Numbered from the stretch's first letter, positions 45,284 through 56,158 are shown. The stretch is DNA of 64,000 nucleotides from Parcubacteria group bacterium (GCA_016203945.1 JACQLT010000002.1:73585-137584), one strand, 5' to 3'. The notes: generated from the sequence alone by a model not told the origin. Numbers and translations are program-made.

Positions 45284-47242
45284 ATGCAACTTCCCTCGCT
45301 TATTCATTGGAAAGAATTCCCACGGATTCTCTCCAGAAAAGAAAAATTGGTTTTCGTATTGCTGGCGGCGATATTTCTGATCTCGTCATTCACCCTCTGG
45401 CGTATGTTTCTCGACAGGTTCACAGAGGTGGTTCCGGCTTCGGGAGGAACGATCGTGGAGGGCGTGGTGGGATTCCCCAGGTTTATCAACCCTCTCTATG
45501 CGGATACCAGGGACGCCGACCGCGACCTTACAGAGCTCGTGTTTTCCGGCCTCTTCACGTACGACTCGACGGGAAGGTTCATTCCCGACCTTGCCCAGAA
45601 CTATCAGGTGCTTGAGGACGGAAAAACCGTTGAGATACAGCTGAAAGAAGACGCGTTCTGGCATGACGGAAAACCTTTTAGGGCAGACGACGTCATGTTC
45701 ACGGTGCGGACCCTTCAGAATCCTAGCGTCAAGAGCCCGGTGCGGGCGAACTGGGCAGGTGTCCAGGTGGAAAAGATTTCTGACCTGAGGGTGCGATTTA
45801 CGCTCAGAGAACCGTATGCCGCCTTTATGGAAAAGCTCACTCTAAAAATCATCCCCGCGCACATCTGGCAAGAGGTTCCAGTGGAACAGATCGCCCTTTC
45901 CCCGCTCAACCTTAAGCCAATCGGCACGGGACCTTACCGCGTGGAGAAAACAATCCAGGATAGGTCTGGGCTGGTGGAAGAAATACGCCTTAAGGCATTT
46001 TCCAAGTACATCAACAAGCAGCCATTCATCTCTTCTCTAACGTTTAAGTTCTTTGAGAACGAGGAGAAGATGCTCTCAGCTGCCCGGAGCGGCCAGATTG
46101 AAAGCTTCCCTGTGTCGTCCCCCAATGCGGCAAAATATGCGGGACTTGGAGAACGCGTGGAGCAATTCTCCCTGCCCCGTGCCTTCAGCATATTCTTCAA
46201 TCTCGCCTCCCCGGAGCAAACATTCCAGGCGCGAGGCGTGAGGCAGGCGCTTGCGCTTGCCATAGACCGAGAAAAGCTCGCGCAAACCCTTGCCCCAGAC
46301 GCCAAGGCAGCATTTTCTCCACTGCTTCCCGAGTTCTTTGGATTTGATTCTCCTGCTCTTGCGGCGCCCGACAAAACAGGAGCTCTCGCCCTTCTCAAGC
46401 AAGCTGGGTTCCGAGAACTTGACGGAAAGCTCACCAAGCCGGAAAAAGAAAGAGGCACATTCCGCTCTGATCTCAAGCGAGGAAGCCAGAACCAGGAGGT
46501 GAAACTTTTACAGCAATGCCTTGCCGATCAGCCTGGAATCTATCCTTTGGGGACGGTAAACGGCGTGTTCGGACCCTCTACGCAACAGGCGGTCATCCGA
46601 TTCCAAGAAACGTACGCTCAGGAAATCTTGGCTCCCTCGGGCCTTACCAAAGGAAACGGACAGGTGAAAGCCGGGACGCGCGCAAAGCTCAACGAAATCT
46701 GCTTTCCTCAAACCGGAGACGATTCATTCAGCATTACTCTTACCACGGTAGCCCAGCCGACCCTTCAGAAAGTGGCAGAATTCGTACAGGGGGAATGGCA
46801 GCAGCTCGGCATACAGGTCTACATCAACGCGGTGTCTCCAGAAGACATGGCAATGAACATCATCAAGCCGAGGAACTACGAGGCGCTCTTGTTCGGAGAA
46901 GCCCTGGGCATCGTACCAGATCCCCTGCCCTTCTGGCATTCTTCTCAGGTCGTAGATCCCGGCCTAAACATAGCCGGCTACGAAAACAAGCAGGCAGACG
47001 CCTTGCTGGAAAAGATCAGGAAGGAAACGGACACGACAAAGCGCAATGCGTTCATGAAACAGCTCCAGGACATATTGCTCGCGGACATGCCCGCCGTGGC
47101 CTTGTATGACTTGAGCTACTCATACGTGGTGCCCGACCGCCTCAAAGGCATTGAGGGGTACAAGATAGCGGATCCTTCCCAACGCTTTGCGAATGTGGGA
47201 GAGTGGTATATAAAGACAGGGAGAAAATGGAAATTCTTTTAA
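45284..47242 (+). CDS. family 5 extracellular solute-binding protein (peptide-type ABC transporter SBP) with inserted peptidoglycan-binding domain
   Basis: SBP_bac_5 layout with N-terminal anchor; insert LLQQCLADQPGIYPLGTVNGVFGPSTQQAVIRFQETYA matches PG_binding_1. Confidence 0.7.
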   Translation: MQLPSLIHWKEFPRILSRKEKLVFVLLAAIFLISSFTLWRMFLDRFTEVVPASGGTIVEGVVGFPRFINPLYADTRDADRDLTELVFSGLFTYDSTGRFIPDLAQNYQVLEDGKTVEIQLKEDAFWHDGKPFRADDVMFTVRTLQNPSVKSPVRANWAGVQVEKISDLRVRFTLREPYAAFMEKLTLKIIPAHIWQEVPVEQIALSPLNLKPIGTGPYRVEKTIQDRSGLVEEIRLKAFSKYINKQPFISSLTFKFFENEEKMLSAARSGQIESFPVSSPNAAKYAGLGERVEQFSLPRAFSIFFNLASPEQTFQARGVRQALALAIDREKLAQTLAPDAKAAFSPLLPEFFGFDSPALAAPDKTGALALLKQAGFRELDGKLTKPEKERGTFRSDLKRGSQNQEVKLLQQCLADQPGIYPLGTVNGVFGPSTQQAVIRFQETYAQEILAPSGLTKGNGQVKAGTRAKLNEICFPQTGDDSFSITLTTVAQPTLQKVAEFVQGEWQQLGIQVYINAVSPEDMAMNIIKPRNYEALLFGEALGIVPDPLPFWHSSQVVDPGLNIAGYENKQADALLEKIRKETDTTKRNAFMKQLQDILLADMPAVALYDLSYSYVVPDRLKGIEGYKIADPSQRFANVGEWYIKTGRKWKFF

Positions 47243-47258
47243 TTAATCATCAAACTTT

Positions 47259-47345
47259 GGGCGAGTGGCGAAACTGGCAGACGCGCTAGCTTCAGGAGCT
47301 AGTGACCGCAAGGTCGTGGAGGTTCAAATCCTCTCTCGCCCACCA
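47259..47345 (+). tRNA. tRNA-Leu (anticodon CAG)
   Basis: 7-bp acceptor GGGCGAG/CTCGCCC, anticodon loop TTCAGGA, long variable arm, TPsiC GGTTCAAATCC, encoded CCA. Confidence 0.85.
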
Positions 47346-47360
47346 CTGCATCATACAACT

Positions 47361-49043
47361 ATGATCACAACAAAATCTCAGCAGCAGCTGCGCATCATCC
47401 CTCTTGGGGGGCTGGGCGAAGTCGGTCGCAACATGATGCTCATTGAATGGCAGGAGGAAATCCTGATTATTGACATGGGCTTCCGCATGCCAGAAGAAGA
47501 CATGCCGGGCATTGACTATATCATTCCCAACATCTCATACCTCAAGGGAAAAGAGAAGAAGATCCTGGGACTGCTGGTCACGCACGGCCACTACGATCAC
47601 ATGGGAGCCATTCCGTATTTCATCGGAAAACTCGGCAACCCCCCGATTTACGCGGGAGGCATGGCCAAGGCCATTATCCTCAGACGCCAGGAAGACTTCC
47701 CAAACCAGCCCAAGCTCCACATCATTGACGTGAAAGACGGGAGCAGATTCTCCATAGGAAGCTTTTCCGTGGAAGCGTTCCGTCAGAACCATAACATCAC
47801 AGACAACTACGGATACGTCATTACTACTCCGATTGGAAATATCGTGCATACATCTGATTTTAAGTTCGACTCAAGCCCGGTGAACGATCCTCCGAGCGAT
47901 TTTGAAAAACTGCGAGATATCGGAGACCGGAAAATATTGCTTTTGATGTCCGATTCTACGAACGCGGAAGAACCCAACCACTCTCTTTCAGAAAAGAAAA
48001 TCATGGAAAACTTAGATGAACTTATAAAGAATGCAAAGGGCCGCATCATTACGGCAACCTTTGCCTCTTTACTGAACCGAATTCAGCAAATCATCACGCT
48101 CTCTGAACAATACGGAAGAAAGGTGAGCCCCGAAGGATTCTCTATGAAAACAAACATTGAGATATCAAAACAGCTTGGCTATCTGAAAGCCCGCAAGGGA
48201 ACCATCCTCTCCACAAGAGAAGTGCTGAAATATCCCGATTCCAAAATCACCATTTTAGCCACCGGGGCTCAGGGAGAAGAACGCGCGGTGCTTATGCGCA
48301 TCGTGAACCGAGAACATCCCCTTCTGAAAATCCAGAGGGGAGATACGGTTATCTTTTCTTCTTCTGTCATTCCGGGCAATGAACGCACCGTGCAGTATGT
48401 AAAAGACAACTTGTACCGCCAGGGAGCTAACGTATTCAACTACAAAATGCTTGACATTCATGCTTCCGGCCACGCCAATCAAGACGAATTAAAAGAAATG
48501 ATAGAGCTCATGCGGCCTAAATTCCTCTTGCCCGTGCACGGACAGTTTTCCATGCTGGTAAACCACGCCAAACTTGCCGCCTCGTCCGGCATTCCGGAAA
48601 AAAACATAGTGGTCATGGAGAATGGACAAATCCTCAATGTTTCCAAAACCGGAATTTCCGTAGAAAAGAAAACGGTACCTGCCAACTACATCATGGTGGA
48701 TGGCCTCGGGGTCGGAGACGTGGGAGAGGTGGTGCTCCGCGACCGCCAGAGCCTGGCGAAAGACGGCATGTTCGTTCTCATCGTGGTCGTGGACCGGCAG
48801 ACAGGACGCGTCAAAGGCTCTCCCGACATCATTTCTCGCGGCTTCATCTATCTGCGGGAATCCGGAGATCTTCTGCACCAGGTGCGCAGGCGAGTCGTTG
48901 AGATCGTGAACCAGTCCGCAGGGAGCGGAGGAGCCATAAACTGGATATATGTGCGGGACAACGTGAAAAATAAGGTGGGAGAATTTCTCTTTACCAAGAC
49001 CCAGCGAAGACCCATGGTATTGCCCGTTATAATCGAAGTATAG
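47361..49043 (+). CDS. rnj: ribonuclease J (beta-CASP metallo-beta-lactamase RNase)
   Basis: LRIIPLGGLGEVGRNM, HxHxDH motif THGHYDHMGAIPY; ORF-track start 47265 lies inside the tRNA so ATG 47361 used. Confidence 0.85.
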   Translation: MITTKSQQQLRIIPLGGLGEVGRNMMLIEWQEEILIIDMGFRMPEEDMPGIDYIIPNISYLKGKEKKILGLLVTHGHYDHMGAIPYFIGKLGNPPIYAGGMAKAIILRRQEDFPNQPKLHIIDVKDGSRFSIGSFSVEAFRQNHNITDNYGYVITTPIGNIVHTSDFKFDSSPVNDPPSDFEKLRDIGDRKILLLMSDSTNAEEPNHSLSEKKIMENLDELIKNAKGRIITATFASLLNRIQQIITLSEQYGRKVSPEGFSMKTNIEISKQLGYLKARKGTILSTREVLKYPDSKITILATGAQGEERAVLMRIVNREHPLLKIQRGDTVIFSSSVIPGNERTVQYVKDNLYRQGANVFNYKMLDIHASGHANQDELKEMIELMRPKFLLPVHGQFSMLVNHAKLAASSGIPEKNIVVMENGQILNVSKTGISVEKKTVPANYIMVDGLGVGDVGEVVLRDRQSLAKDGMFVLIVVVDRQTGRVKGSPDIISRGFIYLRESGDLLHQVRRRVVEIVNQSAGSGGAINWIYVRDNVKNKVGEFLFTKTQRRPMVLPVIIEV

Positions 49044-49047
49044 CTGT

Positions 49048-50031
49048 ATGAGAATCGTAAGCGGCATTCAGCCAACAGGAAAATATCATATTGGAAACTA
49101 TTTGGGAGCGATCAGGCATTGGATCAAACTCCAAGAAGAACATGAGTGCTTCTTTTTCGTTGCCGACCTGCACGCGATCACCCTTCCTCAAGATCCGGAA
49201 GAACTCAAAAAAGCCACGCTTCAAAAAATCATTGAGCTCGTGGCGTTGGGACTCAGTACCGAACGCTGCTGCCTGTTCGTGCAGTCGCACATCCAGGAAG
49301 CCCCCGAGCTTGCCTGGATATTCAGCACCATCACTCCCATAGGGGAACTGGAGCGCATGACCCAGTACAAAGACAAGAAGAACAAGACAAAAGATTCTGC
49401 CAACGCGGGGCTCTTTCTCTACCCGACTCTCATGGCTGCAGACATTCTTTTGTACAAGGCAGAGGGAGTCCCTGTAGGACAAGATCAGCTCCAGCACCTT
49501 GAGCTCACGCGGGAAACCGCAAGAAGGTTCAACAAGCGCTTCGGAGAGACGTTCCTCATTCCAAAAGCAATGGTTCCCGAGTTGGGGGCAAAAATCCTTT
49601 CGCTCACGGACCCGAAGAGGAAAATGTCCAAGTCAGACCCTCTGGATTCCCAGATCCTGCTTTTGGATGAGCCCGACGCCATCCGCAAAAAGATATTCCG
49701 GGCGGTTACCGACCGCGGCACCGTGGTTTCGTACGATCCCGCTAAAAAACCCGGAATATCAAACCTTCTCACCGTCTACTCGCTCTTTGCCGAAATATCC
49801 GTCAAAGAGGTGGAGCGAAAATTCGCAAAGAAGGGATACGCCGTCTTCAAGAAAGCCCTCGCTGATCTCCTGGTACGCAAGCTAGAACCCTTCAGAAGAA
49901 AATACGCAGAGCTCGCCTCTCGCGACGTCTATGTCCAAGAAATCATCAAACAAGGCGCAAAACGCGCCAGCTCCGTGGCGCAAGACACCATGGAAGAGGT
50001 GCGGGGCAAGGTGGGATTCTTGCAGGTTTAG
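49048..50031 (+). CDS. trpS: tryptophan--tRNA ligase
   Basis: HIGH variant YHIGNY, KMSKS. Confidence 0.9.
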   Translation: MRIVSGIQPTGKYHIGNYLGAIRHWIKLQEEHECFFFVADLHAITLPQDPEELKKATLQKIIELVALGLSTERCCLFVQSHIQEAPELAWIFSTITPIGELERMTQYKDKKNKTKDSANAGLFLYPTLMAADILLYKAEGVPVGQDQLQHLELTRETARRFNKRFGETFLIPKAMVPELGAKILSLTDPKRKMSKSDPLDSQILLLDEPDAIRKKIFRAVTDRGTVVSYDPAKKPGISNLLTVYSLFAEISVKEVERKFAKKGYAVFKKALADLLVRKLEPFRRKYAELASRDVYVQEIIKQGAKRASSVAQDTMEEVRGKVGFLQV

Positions 50032-50032
50032 C

Positions 50033-51517
50033 TCACACCCAGCCGAGTTTGCCGGTCAAGGTCACGACTTCGAAGCGGTTGAGCTTGTCCTGGATCTGGG
50101 GGAATTTTTCCAGCTCATCGGCAAGGATATTCTTTACTTTGAGCACCTCTTCTTTTGAAGCCCCCTCTACTCGCACGGTGAGATAGGGCGAGGTGTTGGA
50201 TGCCCGGACAATGCCCCACGCCTTTTCCGTTACCTGAATTCGCACTCCATCAATGAGCACGGCTGGATACTGCTTCTTTAAGTCTTCTGTAATCTGCTGC
50301 ACGACTTCAAACTTGTCCTCGTCTTTGCATGGCAGCTTTATCTCGGGCGTCCTCACCCGCTGCGGAATATCCTTAAACATTGAGGAGAATGGGCCCGTCT
50401 GACGAGAAAAGAGCTCAAGCATCTTGCCTGCTGCGAATACTCCGTCATCAATCTTGAAGTAGTCCTCCACGAAGAAAAAGTGGCCCGACGCCTCTCCGCC
50501 AAAGATAACATCTGGATCCTTGCGCAGGGTCTCCTTGATGGGAGCGTGTCCTGTCCTGTGCATCATGGGTATTCCCCCGTAGTGAGGGATGAGCTCTTCT
50601 AAAAGCTGGGAGCACTTGGTGTCATACAATATCTTCTTTCCCGGGTGCCTTGAAAGCGCGTCTTTCGCAAAGAGCAAAAGCGGCAGGTCGGCTGAGATAA
50701 ACTTGCCTTGTTCGTCCACGAAGCCCATCCGATCCCCGTCTGCATCAAAGGCGATGCCGAGGTCAGCCTTCTCTTCCACAACCTTCTTTCCAAGGGCTAC
50801 CATGTTCTGCGGCCCTTCCGGGTCAGGATCATGATTCGGAAAGGTAGCGTCTGGCTCGGCATACATTGAGATAACCTCGCATCCGAGCTTCTCAAAGAGG
50901 CCTGGGACAAAGATGCCGGCGCTTCCGTTGCCAGTATCTATAACAATGCGAAGCTTCCGGGAAAGCCTGATGTGCTCTAAAAAGTACTTCTCGTATACAG
51001 GGAACATCTCTGTTGTCTCAAGCTGCCCCATGGGCTGGCTTTCGTAGTCCTCTTGCTCAATCATCTTTCTCATCTCCTGCAACTCCTCGCCGAAAAGCGG
51101 CCAGACGCCCTTCTTCATGAATTTAAAGCCATTGTAAAAATAGACGTTGTGGCTGCCCGTAACGTTCACGCCCCCGTCAAACCCCAGGAACGCGGTTGCA
51201 AAGTAGATGATAGGGGTAAGGGCAATCCCGGCATCAACAATGTCGCATCCGGTGGAGCGTATGCCAGAAACAAACATATCCTTGAGCTCCTTTCCAGAAG
51301 GCCTCACCTCATACCCGACCACCACCCTCTTCCCCTCGGCTCTCCGGATCATCGTGCCGTACGCTTTTCCTATCTCAAGGACTGCATCCTGGGTGAGCGT
51401 AATGCCGGGAAATGGACCGTACCATTTTTCGTACTTGGCGATTTCCTCTTTTGAGAATGAGATGCCTGCTATCCCCCGAATATCGTATTCCCGAAATATT
51501 GATGAGGCCAGTTGCAT
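50033..51517 (-). CDS. phosphoglucomutase/phosphomannomutase family protein
   Basis: Active-site serine loop TGSHN, four-domain PGM/PMM layout. Confidence 0.85.
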   Translation of the reverse strand: MQLASSIFREYDIRGIAGISFSKEEIAKYEKWYGPFPGITLTQDAVLEIGKAYGTMIRRAEGKRVVVGYEVRPSGKELKDMFVSGIRSTGCDIVDAGIALTPIIYFATAFLGFDGGVNVTGSHNVYFYNGFKFMKKGVWPLFGEELQEMRKMIEQEDYESQPMGQLETTEMFPVYEKYFLEHIRLSRKLRIVIDTGNGSAGIFVPGLFEKLGCEVISMYAEPDATFPNHDPDPEGPQNMVALGKKVVEEKADLGIAFDADGDRMGFVDEQGKFISADLPLLLFAKDALSRHPGKKILYDTKCSQLLEELIPHYGGIPMMHRTGHAPIKETLRKDPDVIFGGEASGHFFFVEDYFKIDDGVFAAGKMLELFSRQTGPFSSMFKDIPQRVRTPEIKLPCKDEDKFEVVQQITEDLKKQYPAVLIDGVRIQVTEKAWGIVRASNTSPYLTVRVEGASKEEVLKVKNILADELEKFPQIQDKLNRFEVVTLTGKLGWV

Positions 51518-51546
51518 ACTTCACTATTATATACTAAGATATCCTC

Positions 51547-51963
51547 ATGCCAAATTACGAATGGACACTTCTTCTGGATCCCGTACTTGAAGAAAAGCAG
51601 GCCAGGCAACAGGTTGCCTCGGCAGCCTCTCTTGTGCAGGAAGGCGGAGGCATAGTGCAGTCGCAAGAAGTATTAGGAAAGCGCCCCCTGCCAAGCACCA
51701 TACGGAAACACAGGGAAGTCAATCTTGCCCGTATTGAGGCAACGATTGCCCAGGATCGCGTAGAAGCCGTGGCAAAGAAGCTTGACGAAATACCCGCAAT
51801 CCTCCGCATCATGCTGACCATAAAAAGGCGCCGCGCGCCCATGCCCCCACGAAGACAGCTGCACCGGAGCGTGTTGAAAACGCCCGTGCAAGCCAAGGAA
51901 AAAATGGATGTCCGGGAGATTGACAAGAAGATTGAAGAACTCCTCCAAGAACCTCAAATATGA
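51547..51963 (+). CDS. rpsF: 30S ribosomal protein S6 with basic C-terminal extension
   Basis: S6-like N-terminus (YEWTLLLDP), position ahead of ssb-rpsR. Confidence 0.65.
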   Translation: MPNYEWTLLLDPVLEEKQARQQVASAASLVQEGGGIVQSQEVLGKRPLPSTIRKHREVNLARIEATIAQDRVEAVAKKLDEIPAILRIMLTIKRRRAPMPPRRQLHRSVLKTPVQAKEKMDVREIDKKIEELLQEPQI

Positions 51964-52409
51964 ATCTCAACAAAATATTTCTTATCGGAAACTTAACCGC
52001 GGATCCAGAATTGCGAACTACGACTTCCGGACAAAAAGTCTGCACGATGCGCATGGCCACGAACCGAACGTGGAAAAATCAGGCCGGCCAGAAGCAAGAG
52101 AAAGCGGAGTTTCACAGCGTCATCTTGTGGGGAAGGCTTGCTGAAATAGCCAGCCAGTACCTCAAAAAGGGAAATATGGCGTACGTGGAAGGACGCATTG
52201 AGACGCGAAGCTGGGACGACCAGCAAAGCGGCCAGAAAAAATACCGCACCGAGATCATAGCAGAGCGCCTTCAGCTCGGCCCCAAAGGGCAACACTCACA
52301 CGAAGGAGAGGACCTTCGCGCCTCCCCTCCCAAGGAAACTCCTGCAGCCGAGGAAATCCCCATCATTGAAGAAGACGAAGATATCGACGTAAAAGACATA
52401 CCCTTCTAA
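51960..52409 (+). CDS. ssb: single-stranded DNA-binding protein
   Basis: OB-fold N-terminus MNLNKIFLIGNLTADPELR, acidic tail ending DIPF. Confidence 0.85.
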   Translation: MNLNKIFLIGNLTADPELRTTTSGQKVCTMRMATNRTWKNQAGQKQEKAEFHSVILWGRLAEIASQYLKKGNMAYVEGRIETRSWDDQQSGQKKYRTEIIAERLQLGPKGQHSHEGEDLRASPPKETPAAEEIPIIEEDEDIDVKDIPF

Positions 52410-52414
52410 CTACT

Positions 52415-52612
52415 ATGGATTGCTCACTCTGCAAGAAAAACATCCAGGACGTGGATTTTAAGGACACAATCGCGCTCAAGCGCTTTATTTCCGGTCTTGG
52501 AAAAATCCGAGGGCGGAAGCGAACCGGCCTGTGTGCATCCCACCAGCGCCAGGTGGGACGCGCAATCAAAAGAGCGAGGCATCTCGGCCTGCTCTCTGCC
52601 ACATCCAAATAA
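52415..52612 (+). CDS. rpsR: 30S ribosomal protein S18
   Basis: 65 aa, FKDTIALKRFIS and RHLGLL motifs. Confidence 0.8.
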   Translation: MDCSLCKKNIQDVDFKDTIALKRFISGLGKIRGRKRTGLCASHQRQVGRAIKRARHLGLLSATSK

Positions 52613-52627
52613 CCCCTCTATTCACAT

Positions 52628-52700
52628 CCTTGGTTCGGCCAAGTTATCCACACCTTGGCCGAACCAAGGATTTCCAAGGATTTTTGCCAAGGATTTTTGG
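52628..52700. repeat. second copy of hairpin/DnaA-box element plus CCAAGGATTT(TTG) tandem repeat x3
   Basis: CCTTGGTTCGGCCAAGTTATCCACACCTTGGCCGAACCAAGG then ATTTCCAAGGATTTTTGCCAAGGATTTTTGG; between convergent rpsR and the inactive HtrA-like gene. Confidence 0.5.
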
Positions 52701-53420
52701 TTAGAGACCCAAGAAGTTGCGCAAGAACAAAGCCGGAATCACCGTGACGCTTCCTGAAGAACTGATCGCGGCAATGCCTGCCACGCGGCCTTCCACCGTG
52801 AAGACCGCGGCTCCAGTCGAAGCCGCCGTCTCTGTTATCGTGCTCTGAATCAGATCTCCCGCGACAGAACGCACCACTCCTTCATTCACGATTATTCCTG
52901 CGGTACTTTGCGCTATCAACACAAGTTTCATCCCGGGATTTAACTCTCCTTCATTAACGAACCCGGCCGTGGGCAGATTGTTCTTTTCCACCTTCAGGAG
53001 AACAAGATTGCTTGCCGCATCACGCTTCAACACCTGAGCGGGAATGGTCTCCTGGTTTTGATCAAGCGACACCGAAACTCCAAAACCAGGGGGCGTCAAT
53101 GAAGCCCGGGTCAAGATCAAGCCGTCTGAAGTTACGATAAGCCCGGAACCCTTTCTCCCAGCTCCGCTCTGCACCAATACCACGGTCTTGCCAGACTTTT
53201 CTACGGTCTTCTCTAGGGCTGCTGGCTCCTCAACAGAAATCTGAGAAACAGGCTGTACAAGAACCGTGCGCGCGTTCCAGTCCTGGATGAACTTCAAGTC
53301 CTGGAATGCGGGCGAAGACGCGAGATATGGCAACAGGAACGCCTGCGCCCAAATTCCTCCCGCAGCCCCCAGAACAAACATAGAGACAATCAAAAAGATG
53401 CGTTGTATCATGCAATTCAC
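52701..53420 (-). CDS. HtrA-like protease-fold protein with all three catalytic residues substituted (predicted inactive), no PDZ
   Basis: Aligns to htrA at 56159-57493: [19 protein letters not shown] (His to Ser), NLVLLKVE (Asp to Asn), [10 protein letters not shown] (Ser to Thr in GNSGGP position); N-terminal TM/signal. Confidence 0.55.
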   Translation of the reverse strand: MNCMIQRIFLIVSMFVLGAAGGIWAQAFLLPYLASSPAFQDLKFIQDWNARTVLVQPVSQISVEEPAALEKTVEKSGKTVVLVQSGAGRKGSGLIVTSDGLILTRASLTPPGFGVSVSLDQNQETIPAQVLKRDAASNLVLLKVEKNNLPTAGFVNEGELNPGMKLVLIAQSTAGIIVNEGVVRSVAGDLIQSTITETAASTGAAVFTVEGRVAGIAAISSSGSVTVIPALFLRNFLGL

Positions 53421-56122
53421 GCAACAACAGCCCGAGTTGTCTTTTTCTTTTGAGGAGAAACGATATGGCCCAATCCCTGGAATACGATCTCTCCGTCCTT
53501 CTCGTCCAGAATTACCCGTACTCCGGCGGGAATCTCTCCTGCGACGATTTTCAAAGACAAGGGGTCTAGCACGAGCCGCTGGATCACTCGGCGCAGGGGC
53601 CGGGCGCCAAGATTCGGGTCAAAGCCCTTTTGAGCGAGCAGGGTTTTTGCTTTTTCGGTCGCCTCCAGCTCAATATTCTGGGCAGCTAAGCGCTCCGCAA
53701 CCTTCGCAAGCTCAAGCTCCACGATGCGCGTGATTTCTCCTTTTGCCAGGTAGTTAAAGATGATAATTTCGTCAATACGGTTCAAGAACTCCGGACGAAA
53801 CTCCTCTTTCAGGGCAGCCATCACCTTTTCTCGCACATTTGATTTTGCTTCCTCGCCCTGCTCTCCCAGGAAACCCAACGGAGCCATGAGCGCTATGTGC
53901 GAAGAGCCGACGTTGGACGTCATGATGATGATGGCGTTCTTGAACGAAGCCACCCTTCCCTTGGCGTCGGTAAGCCGGCCGTCTTCCAGGATCTGCAGAA
54001 GAATGTTGAATACTTCGGGATGCGCCTTTTCCACCTCGTCCAACAGGATGACGCTGTACGGACGCCGGCGGATCTTCTCGGTCAGCTGGCCCCCTTCTTC
54101 ATATCCGACATATCCCGGAGGAGAGCCGATCATGCGAGAAACGGCATGGCGCTCCATATACTCTGACATGTCCAAGCGGATCATGGCATTCTCGTCATTA
54201 AACAGAAACTCGGCCAGGGCTTTTGCGGTTTCCGTCTTGCCGACTCCAGTGGGACCAAGAAAGAGAAACGAGCCCAAGGGCCTGTTCTCCTCAGAAAGAC
54301 CCGCTCTGCTCCTTCTGATGGCAGCAGATATGGCTCCCAGCGCCTCGTCCTGCCCCACCACGCGGCGACGCAGTGCGTCTTCAATCTTCTCTAACTTCTT
54401 TGCCTCTTCTTCCAGGAGACGCATGACGGGGATTCCCGTCCACCTTGCTACCACTTTTGCCATGTCTTCTTCCGTCACCTCTTCTTTGACAATCGGACGG
54501 TTCTTTTGGAATCTCAGAAGCCGACGCTCTTCTGACCGAAGCCTCTTGAGAAGGTCTGGGATGAGGGAATATTTCACTTCGGCTACCTTTTGCAGATTGC
54601 CTGCCGTCTGCTCTCGCTCAGCTTCAAACCGAAGCTGATCCAATTTCGCTTTTAATTCTTTGATGCTGTTCACCACTTCCTTTTCCGTAGACCACTTTGC
54701 TTCAATTCCCTTTGCCTTCTCTCTCAGATCGGCTAACTGCCGGATGATGCCTTTTGTTTTGTTTGTCTTCCCTTTTTCTGAGGCGAGCGCCTCTTGCTCA
54801 ATTTCAAGCTTTTGAATTTCGCGCTTGAGCTGATCCAACTCAACCGGCTCTGACTCCATGTCCAGCCGCAGGGCTGACATGGCTTCGTCCATGAGATCAA
54901 TCGCTTTGTCGGGCAGGAAGCGATCTGCAATATACCTGGCGGCAAGGTTTGCCGCTGCCACCAAGGCGGCATCCCTCACCTTAACGCCGTGGTGCAGCTC
55001 ATATTTTTCTTTGATGCCCCGCAGAATGGACACGGCGTCTTCAATAGAAGGTTCTGCCACGTAGATGGGCTGGAAGCGGCGCTCTAAGGCCGCGTCTCGC
55101 TCAATGTACTTCTGGTATTCCTTAAGCGTGGTGGCTCCAATAGCCCTGAGATCTCCCCGCGCCAACGCGGGCTTGAGAAGGTTGGAAGCGTCAATCGCGC
55201 CTTCAGCAGCTCCCGCTCCCACGAGTGTATGCAGCTCATCAATAAACAGCAGGTACTTGCCGGCAGCCCGATCCAGCTCCTTGAGCAGGGCCTTGATGCG
55301 ATCTTCAAACTCTCCGCGGTACTTGGTGCCAGCGATCAACGATCCCAAATCAAGCGCAATAATCTCTTTGTCTTTCAGGGATTCGGGCACTTCTCCCTTC
55401 ATGATTTTTTGAGCTAAGCCTTCTGCAACCGCGGTCTTCCCAACGCCAGCCTCCCCGATGAGAACGGGGTTGTTTTTCGTGCGCCGGGAAAGCACCTGCA
55501 TGAGCCTCCTGATTTCCTGCTCCCTGCCGATTACCGGGTCAAGCTTGCCGAGCTCGGCCAAGCGCGTCAGATTTTTCGTATATCGTTCAATGACCTGGTA
55601 CTTGGATTCCGGAGTGGGATCCGTAATCCGAACTCCTCCCCGGATCTCTGCCAATACTTTGAGCACGGTGTCGTAATCAAGCTTGCCGACTTCCAGCATG
55701 GCGGCATCCTTTCCCCCCTGCACAATGTGCGTACGCTCCAGCACTTCCTTGGCCTGGGTTTGGGCATCAACCAGAGCAAGCAACAGATGTTCTACCGAAA
55801 CGTATTCATCGCCCATCTTCCCGGCTTCTGTCCTGGCTCTCTCCAGCACGCGCGCCAAGTCTTGCGTCAGATAGAACTGGCCGAATACGGCAGGGCTGGT
55901 GCTTTTCGGAAGGCGTTCTAACGCGTTCGCCGTCTTTTTCTTCAAGTCTTCCACGTCTGCCCCAATCTTGGCCAAGACGGTCTGCACCACCGATCCCTCC
56001 TGCGAAAGCAACGCCAAAAGCAGATGGAGTGCATCCACCTGTTGCTGGCCTTTTTCCTGGGCCATCTGCTGGGCCTGCATGATGGCCTCTTGCGCCTTGT
56101 TTGTAAAGTTTCCGCCAGTCAT
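53417..56122 (-). CDS. clpB: ATP-dependent chaperone ClpB
   Basis: Clp_N repeats, two AAA+ modules (GEAGVGKTA; GPTGVGKTE), long coiled-coil middle domain. Confidence 0.95.
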   Translation of the reverse strand: MTGGNFTNKAQEAIMQAQQMAQEKGQQQVDALHLLLALLSQEGSVVQTVLAKIGADVEDLKKKTANALERLPKSTSPAVFGQFYLTQDLARVLERARTEAGKMGDEYVSVEHLLLALVDAQTQAKEVLERTHIVQGGKDAAMLEVGKLDYDTVLKVLAEIRGGVRITDPTPESKYQVIERYTKNLTRLAELGKLDPVIGREQEIRRLMQVLSRRTKNNPVLIGEAGVGKTAVAEGLAQKIMKGEVPESLKDKEIIALDLGSLIAGTKYRGEFEDRIKALLKELDRAAGKYLLFIDELHTLVGAGAAEGAIDASNLLKPALARGDLRAIGATTLKEYQKYIERDAALERRFQPIYVAEPSIEDAVSILRGIKEKYELHHGVKVRDAALVAAANLAARYIADRFLPDKAIDLMDEAMSALRLDMESEPVELDQLKREIQKLEIEQEALASEKGKTNKTKGIIRQLADLREKAKGIEAKWSTEKEVVNSIKELKAKLDQLRFEAEREQTAGNLQKVAEVKYSLIPDLLKRLRSEERRLLRFQKNRPIVKEEVTEEDMAKVVARWTGIPVMRLLEEEAKKLEKIEDALRRRVVGQDEALGAISAAIRRSRAGLSEENRPLGSFLFLGPTGVGKTETAKALAEFLFNDENAMIRLDMSEYMERHAVSRMIGSPPGYVGYEEGGQLTEKIRRRPYSVILLDEVEKAHPEVFNILLQILEDGRLTDAKGRVASFKNAIIIMTSNVGSSHIALMAPLGFLGEQGEEAKSNVREKVMAALKEEFRPEFLNRIDEIIIFNYLAKGEITRIVELELAKVAERLAAQNIELEATEKAKTLLAQKGFDPNLGARPLRRVIQRLVLDPLSLKIVAGEIPAGVRVILDEKDGEIVFQGLGHIVSPQKKKTTRAVVA

Positions 56123-56158
56123 GATTCTTTTATATCATAAAACCCTTAATAATCAAGC

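Noticed and set aside
47265-47360. Upstream extension of rnj into the tRNA-Leu gene
   Set aside because: Would translate through a structured tRNA; ATG at 47361 gives a canonical RNase J N-terminus.
53760-54638. 292-aa plus-strand ORF antisense to clpB, and similar antisense ORFs inside the MaoC/FabG fusion (18087-18950), the DegT gene (12904-13626), htrA (56201-56908) and the surface-protein gene (32930-34091)
   Set aside because: Entirely embedded antisense in strongly supported genes, no recognizable domains, low-complexity composition (Ser/Arg/Ala-rich) typical of shadow ORFs.
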